From Flavobacteriaceae bacterium (GTDB lineage: Bacteria; Bacteroidota; Bacteroidia; Flavobacteriales; Flavobacteriaceae), in contig OZ245049.1 in the NCBI GenBank assembly GCA_965224465.1, forward strand, positions 2,850,001-2,882,000: a DNA stretch of 32,000 nucleotides, written 5' to 3'. Shown here piece by piece: positions 27,582-32,000 of this stretch. The position numbers and the translations under genes are program-made. The notes under the pieces were generated by a model. That model saw only the letters and a list, made by a program, of their open reading frames with translations. It made no database searches and was not told the origin of the DNA. Position 1 is the stretch's first letter; each line of letters starts with the position of its first letter.

Positions 27582-28325
27582 TTAAGCCTTTACATCCTGG
27601 ATTAATGAATCATAAATAACAGAAAACGTTTGTTTTTTTAAGGCATTCCGTTGCTTTGATTCCATACCAACTGTCGAAATAAAACGATGCATTTTTACGC
27701 GCAACACTCCTGGTTTACCACTAAAAAAAGTAAACGAAAACAAGCGTTTACAATCGTACAGTGTTACGGGTACAATAGGAATTTGATGCGCTATAGCGAG
27801 TCTGAAAGCTCCATTTTTAAAATCACTCAACACCACCGATTCATCATCTGGGACCAATCCTTCAGGAAAAACACAAATACTCATCCCTCCTTTTAGGCGC
27901 CTGTTTGCTTCTGCAAGTACTTCTTTGCCACTTTTACGATCTTCCCGATCCACCAAAATATTGGTCCTTTTATAAAAATACCCAAAAACGGGAACTTTAG
28001 AAAGTTCCTTTTTTCCAATAAAAACAAATGGATTTTCGCTAATCGCATACATCAACATCACATCCATCACAGAAGTGTGATTAGGACAAAACAAATAACT
28101 CTGACCAGCTTCTAAGCCCATTTCTTTTTCAAAATCTAAACGAAACCCCATAACAAAAAGAATGGTTCTTGACCATGCACGCGCTATTTTATAAAAAAAA
28201 GGATACCATTTTTCTCTAGAAACAATAACTAACAAGGCAGGAAAAATAGCCAAGACAGAAAAAAACACCCATCCATAAAACCAAACCCTCCATACCAATC
28301 TTCCTGTATTCTTAAGTATTCTCAT
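27582..28325 (-). CDS. plsC: 1-acyl-sn-glycerol-3-phosphate acyltransferase
   Basis: The ORF-track start at 28334 is TTG and the first ATG is at 28325 (MRILKNTG). N-terminal TM helix, HX4D motif (NHTSVMD), FPEG motif (CVFPEGLVPD). Confidence 0.85.
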   Translation of the reverse strand: MRILKNTGRLVWRVWFYGWVFFSVLAIFPALLVIVSREKWYPFFYKIARAWSRTILFVMGFRLDFEKEMGLEAGQSYLFCPNHTSVMDVMLMYAISENPFVFIGKKELSKVPVFGYFYKRTNILVDREDRKSGKEVLAEANRRLKGGMSICVFPEGLVPDDESVVLSDFKNGAFRLAIAHQIPIVPVTLYDCKRLFSFTFFSGKPGVLRVKMHRFISTVGMESKQRNALKKQTFSVIYDSLIQDVKA

Positions 28326-28500
28326 AAGTAACAAATATAGTATTAAAATCAGTTTTTATCATAGAATCCCCTTCCTCAAAAGGAATAAATAGATTTAAAA
28401 TTAGTTTTTAACGCGCCATAAACAAGACAAATCATACTAAACTACTGGTTTCTAAGTATTAATTCATATATTGAAGCTTATTAACTTTAATAAAAAACGT

Positions 28501-28746
28501 ATGGAATTTTTGTATTTTCTCCTTATTGGAGCAGCTGCTGGCTGGATTGCTGGAAAACTAATGAAAGGTGGTGGATTTGGAGTTTTAATAAACATCATTT
28601 TAGGAATTATTGGCGGATTTGTAGGTGGCTGGGTCTTTGGACTTCTTAATATCGACCTTGGAATGGGCCCTTTAATAGGACAATTAATAACGGCCGTAGT
28701 CGGTGCTGTAATCCTGTTATTTATAGCAGGACTATTTAAAAAATAG
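28501..28746 (+). CDS. GlsB/YeaQ/YmgE-family (transglycosylase-associated) small membrane protein
   Basis: The ORF-track start at 28471 is TTG. ATG at 28501 gives MEFLYFLLIGAAAGWIAGKLMKGGGFGVLINIILGIIGGFVGGWVF, the typical Gly-rich three-helix pattern. Confidence 0.82.
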   Translation: MEFLYFLLIGAAAGWIAGKLMKGGGFGVLINIILGIIGGFVGGWVFGLLNIDLGMGPLIGQLITAVVGAVILLFIAGLFKK

Positions 28747-28767
28747 ACTTTATAACTCTCACAGAAT

Positions 28768-28792
28768 AAAATCGGCAATTGCCGATTTTATT
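28768..28792 (+). terminator. Hairpin terminator after the glsB-like gene
   Basis: Perfect palindrome: aaaatcggc, loop aatt, gccgatttt (9-bp stem), running into a T-rich tract. Confidence 0.55.
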
Positions 28793-28830
28793 GGTTATTA
28801 TACGTATTTTTGTATCCGAAATATACAATT

Positions 28831-29799
28831 ATGGCAAGAGTTTTAACAGGTGTACAAAGCACCGGAACCCCACATTTAGGAAATTTATTAGGAGCTATTA
28901 TTCCTGCAATAAAAATGTCTAAAGATCCTAATAACGAATCGTTCTTATTTATTGCAGACATGCATTCACTCACGCAAATAAAAGACGGAAAACAACTAAG
29001 ACAAAACACCTACAGCACAGCTGCAACATGGCTAGCATTTGGATTGGACATCAATAAAACTGTTTTTTACAAACAAAGTGACATTCCTCAAACTACCGAA
29101 CTAAGTTGGTATTTGAGCTGTTATTACCCATATCAACGCTTGACACTTGCACATTCTTTTAAAGACAAAGCAGACCGTCTAGACGATGTAAATGCTGGGC
29201 TATTTTCTTACCCAATGTTAATGGCTGCCGATATATTATTATACGATGCAGAAATAGTTCCCGTTGGAAAAGACCAATTGCAACATTTAGAAATGACACG
29301 AGATGTGGCAAGCAGGTTCAACCATCAAATGGGAGATACTTTTGTCCTACCAGACGCCAAGATACAAGAAGGAACTATGTATGTTCCTGGAACCGACGGT
29401 GGTAAAATGAGCAAGTCACAAAATAATATCATCAACTTATTTTTAGACGATAAAAAACTCCGCAAGCAAATCATGAAAATAAAAACGGATTCTACCGCTA
29501 TGGAAGATCCTAAAAATCCTGATACTTGTAATTTATTTGCCCTGTACAAATTGATTGGTTCTGAAGAACAAATAGCAGATTTACGCGCCAAATACGAAGC
29601 TGGAAACTTTGGATATGGACATGCAAAACAAGCATTTTACGAATTGTTAATCGATACGTTTAGCGAAGAAAGAAAACGCTATAATTACTACATGGAAAAC
29701 CTAGACGAAATAGATAAAGCACTCGAAATTGGAGCTGAAAAAGCACGTCTAATAGCCAATAATGTACTCAAACGTGTAAGAACTAAAATAGGATACTAA
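28831..29799 (+). CDS. trpS: Tryptophan--tRNA ligase
   Basis: The ORF-track start at 28810 is TTG. ATG at 28831 gives MARVLTGVQSTGTPHLGNLLG (HIGH-type motif). KMSKS motif present (GGKMSKSQ). Confidence 0.94.
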   Translation: MARVLTGVQSTGTPHLGNLLGAIIPAIKMSKDPNNESFLFIADMHSLTQIKDGKQLRQNTYSTAATWLAFGLDINKTVFYKQSDIPQTTELSWYLSCYYPYQRLTLAHSFKDKADRLDDVNAGLFSYPMLMAADILLYDAEIVPVGKDQLQHLEMTRDVASRFNHQMGDTFVLPDAKIQEGTMYVPGTDGGKMSKSQNNIINLFLDDKKLRKQIMKIKTDSTAMEDPKNPDTCNLFALYKLIGSEEQIADLRAKYEAGNFGYGHAKQAFYELLIDTFSEERKRYNYYMENLDEIDKALEIGAEKARLIANNVLKRVRTKIGY

Positions 29800-29856
29800 A
29801 AAGAATCCTCTCTAAGTTTCAAAAAGAGTGAACTTAGCAATACAACTGGTGAAAAC

Positions 29857-30522
29857 ATGAAATATCCTCTTAAAAATGTCACCATAAAACAATTAGAGCA
29901 CCTAGAGAAATCAATCTCTTTGGGTGCTAAATTTGTTGTTTTTAATTATCGGATAAGTCTTGGTGTGGTATCATTGTTAAAATGCTCTCCAGCCATCTTC
30001 ATAACAAAACAAGATGAAATAAATAAATTCAGAAAAAAATACGACCTACTAAATTTTATTTTTGGCCCCTGGCTTATACTCAAAGGACCTTTCTTAACTT
30101 ATGAGGCATATAAAATAAATCGCAATGGAGGAATAGACGTAACGAAAGACATAATGGCAAATTTAACCCAAGAATCTCTCGAAAAAAACGAAATAGAGAT
30201 TAAAACCATTCATACTATTTATTCAAAAGTTTCCAAAAATGACAAACGGGACATAAAAACTGCAATACAGAGAATAAATTTAAACAAAGTACCCTTAAAA
30301 AGGATTTACACAGCACTATTTATAGATGTAGCTCCAGGGAATCCTCCACACTTTGTAATAGGAATTGAACTTTATAATGATAAAACAATAGCTATTGACT
30401 ATATAAAAACATGCCTTCAAACTGTTTTTTACAAACACGTACACTTTGAAATAATCGACTTAAAAATAAATAATGATTATTGTAAAAAGTTAATCGAACA
30501 AGGAGATAGGATATACGGGTAA
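29857..30522 (+). CDS. Hypothetical protein (221 aa)
   Basis: ATG at 29857. No family confidently recognised. Confidence 0.55.
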   Translation: MKYPLKNVTIKQLEHLEKSISLGAKFVVFNYRISLGVVSLLKCSPAIFITKQDEINKFRKKYDLLNFIFGPWLILKGPFLTYEAYKINRNGGIDVTKDIMANLTQESLEKNEIEIKTIHTIYSKVSKNDKRDIKTAIQRINLNKVPLKRIYTALFIDVAPGNPPHFVIGIELYNDKTIAIDYIKTCLQTVFYKHVHFEIIDLKINNDYCKKLIEQGDRIYG

Positions 30523-30747
30523 TACCAACTGTATTTTTGTATGTCTTGTTTAGAAATAGAATTATTTCTTCTTAATTCTAGACAAGAAGTTTAAGATAGC
30601 AATGGATCTATTTTTTAACAATAAAAAAGTCTAAAACATTTCTAAATCAGGAAACAAGGCGCATAAACTCACCTCTTCCATTGCAGCTAAATCAATCTCC
30701 AGTTGCTCCTGTTTCCTAATTCGTTTTACATCCTAGCTCCAAAAAAA

Positions 30748-31614
30748 CTACTTCTTGATAAAAGCAATAGTATTTTTTACGACCCTTTTCAAATCGCTTG
30801 GCATTACAGTTTCTTCCCAAGGCTGCGTACAACCAAAAGTATGGTTGGCATTGGGTATCATTTCTAATTGCGCATTGGGATTCCATTGCCTTAAACACGT
30901 TGCTTCTATAGGCGGCACAACAACATCGCTTTCTCCTTGAACGATAAGTTGAGGGATGGACAATCGTTTGACAGATGCTTCTATGGTAAGACGTGCTTCG
31001 TTTTCTTTAAAATTGGTGTAGAAATCAAACAAATGTGGCATTTGCTGCTTTGTCCTTGCATTTTCTATATACGCCACCCCATTAGACTCCCATGCTTCCA
31101 AGGCGTCACCTTTTGGAAAACGTGCTGCAAAATCAGAAACTCCAGCCCAAGTAACCACACGTGTTACGCGAGTACTTTCACCTGCTTTTACCAACACAAT
31201 ACCACCACCTCTAGAATGTCCTATAAGTGTAATATTGTTCAGATCAATAACCTCTTTAAACTCCGCTTGCGAACTTATATAATTTAGCATCGTTTCTATA
31301 TCGTCCAACTCTTTGGTAAACGTATTTTCTCCAAAGGCAGCTAAATCAGGAAAATCAATAGGGTTCTTCATGGTTCCACCGTTGTGGGAAAAATTAAACT
31401 TCGCAAAAAACAGATTGGCATTTACAAAATCATCAACCATCAAATTCCAAGCACCCCAATCCTTAAACCCTTTATATCCATGGCAAAATATCACCACAGG
31501 TTTTTGTTTCTTATCATTTTTAAAATAGAAATCCGCCAAGATTGATTTGCTATTCTCTTGCGCTATTTGTACATTTTTAATTGCTTGCATTGATTTACGA
31601 TGTATTATGGACAC
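30748..31614 (-). CDS. Alpha/beta-fold hydrolase
   Basis: Nucleophile elbow GHSRGG and a C-terminal NANHTF (catalytic His region). The ORF-track start at 31614 is GTG, with an alternative ATG at 31590 (MQAIKNV). Confidence 0.8.
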   Translation of the reverse strand: MSIIHRKSMQAIKNVQIAQENSKSILADFYFKNDKKQKPVVIFCHGYKGFKDWGAWNLMVDDFVNANLFFAKFNFSHNGGTMKNPIDFPDLAAFGENTFTKELDDIETMLNYISSQAEFKEVIDLNNITLIGHSRGGGIVLVKAGESTRVTRVVTWAGVSDFAARFPKGDALEAWESNGVAYIENARTKQQMPHLFDFYTNFKENEARLTIEASVKRLSIPQLIVQGESDVVVPPIEATCLRQWNPNAQLEMIPNANHTFGCTQPWEETVMPSDLKRVVKNTIAFIKK

Positions 31615-31618
31615 TGCT

Positions 31619-32000
31619 TTAAAAAGGCAAATCCGTTTTTTCTATAAAAGGAATGTTTTTATCAAATATCTCTGCCATTATCTCAGCAAAAACAGAGGAG
31701 AATTCCGCTATTCTTTCTTTGTTTACAACTCGGTCTTGCTGCCCTCTTTCAGCTGTAAAATTCAAGGGTAAAAATCCAGTATTCAAGTTTTTAAAGGAAT
31801 AGATCCCAGCCTCCAACCCCTGCAACTCTATTTTTTTATCATCTTTTAAAAACATATAAGCATACATCAACACCTGTAAAGGTTTTGCATATTTATAATC
31901 AGTTTTTAACAAGGATACATCTGGAACTTTTAAATCTAACAGCGTTACCTTTCCAGTTTTATAATCTATAATTCTTGTAATCGCATCCAATTGATCTATC
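31619..32000 (-). CDS. PD-(D/E)XK nuclease-family protein, C-terminal part (5' end outside window)
   Basis: The IIDYKTGK motif is the (D/E)xK element of RecB/AddB-type nuclease domains. The ORF-track start at 31990 is TTG, and the frame stays open to the window edge. Confidence 0.6.
   Translation of the reverse strand, partial: IDQLDAITRIIDYKTGKVTLLDLKVPDVSLLKTDYKYAKPLQVLMYAYMFLKDDKKIELQGLEAGIYSFKNLNTGFLPLNFTAERGQQDRVVNKERIAEFSSVFAEIMAEIFDKNIPFIEKTDLPF

Noticed and set aside
28464-28778. 104-aa Pro-rich ORF on the minus strand
   Set aside because: It is exactly antisense to the Gly-rich glsB/yeaQ-like gene, so the GGN codons read as Pro-rich on the opposite strand. It is a shadow ORF.
30546-30592. 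Imperfect hairpin (cttgtttagaa...ttctagacaag) after the 221-aa gene as a terminator
   Set aside because: No T-run follows and alternative pairings exist, so it is too weak to annotate.

Overview
The window reads as a low-GC Bacteroidota (Flavobacteriia-like) chromosomal segment; this taxon call is inferred from the SusC/SusD pair, the HTCS regulator and the overall gene set. It falls into three parts. (1) 0.1-10.5 kb is a compact polysaccharide-utilisation locus: HTCS regulator, GH88 unsaturated glucuronyl hydrolase, and a SusC-like/SusD-like pair ending in a strong terminator. (2) 10.6-19.7 kb looks accessory. It holds orphan lipoprotein and outer-membrane genes, a 1.07-kb ORF-free stretch, an intact IS30-family element with a 3-bp TSD, an intact two-ORF IS66-family element with a perfect 8-bp TSD, and between the two IS a translationally coupled gene pair of unknown function (His-rich GRDP-like protein plus a protein with a hyper-acidic tail ending in CxxC). 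(3) 19.7-32 kb is mostly housekeeping: alkB-like, glyQS, a SAM methyltransferase, comF, cvpA, plsC, glsB/yeaQ-like, trpS, an alpha/beta hydrolase and a partial PD-(D/E)XK nuclease. This part begins with a tight four-gene cluster of zinc-ribbon membrane proteins ending in AlkB. The main signal the ORFs do not explain is a ~161-bp MITE-like repeat with terminal inverted repeats. It occurs in at least five copies: a near-identical tandem pair, one diverged copy, one internally deleted copy inside the PUL, and one copy split by the IS30 insertion. I saw no rRNA, tRNA or CRISPR array. All identities and counts are hand-derived from the sequence, and family assignments rest on motif recognition, not searches.
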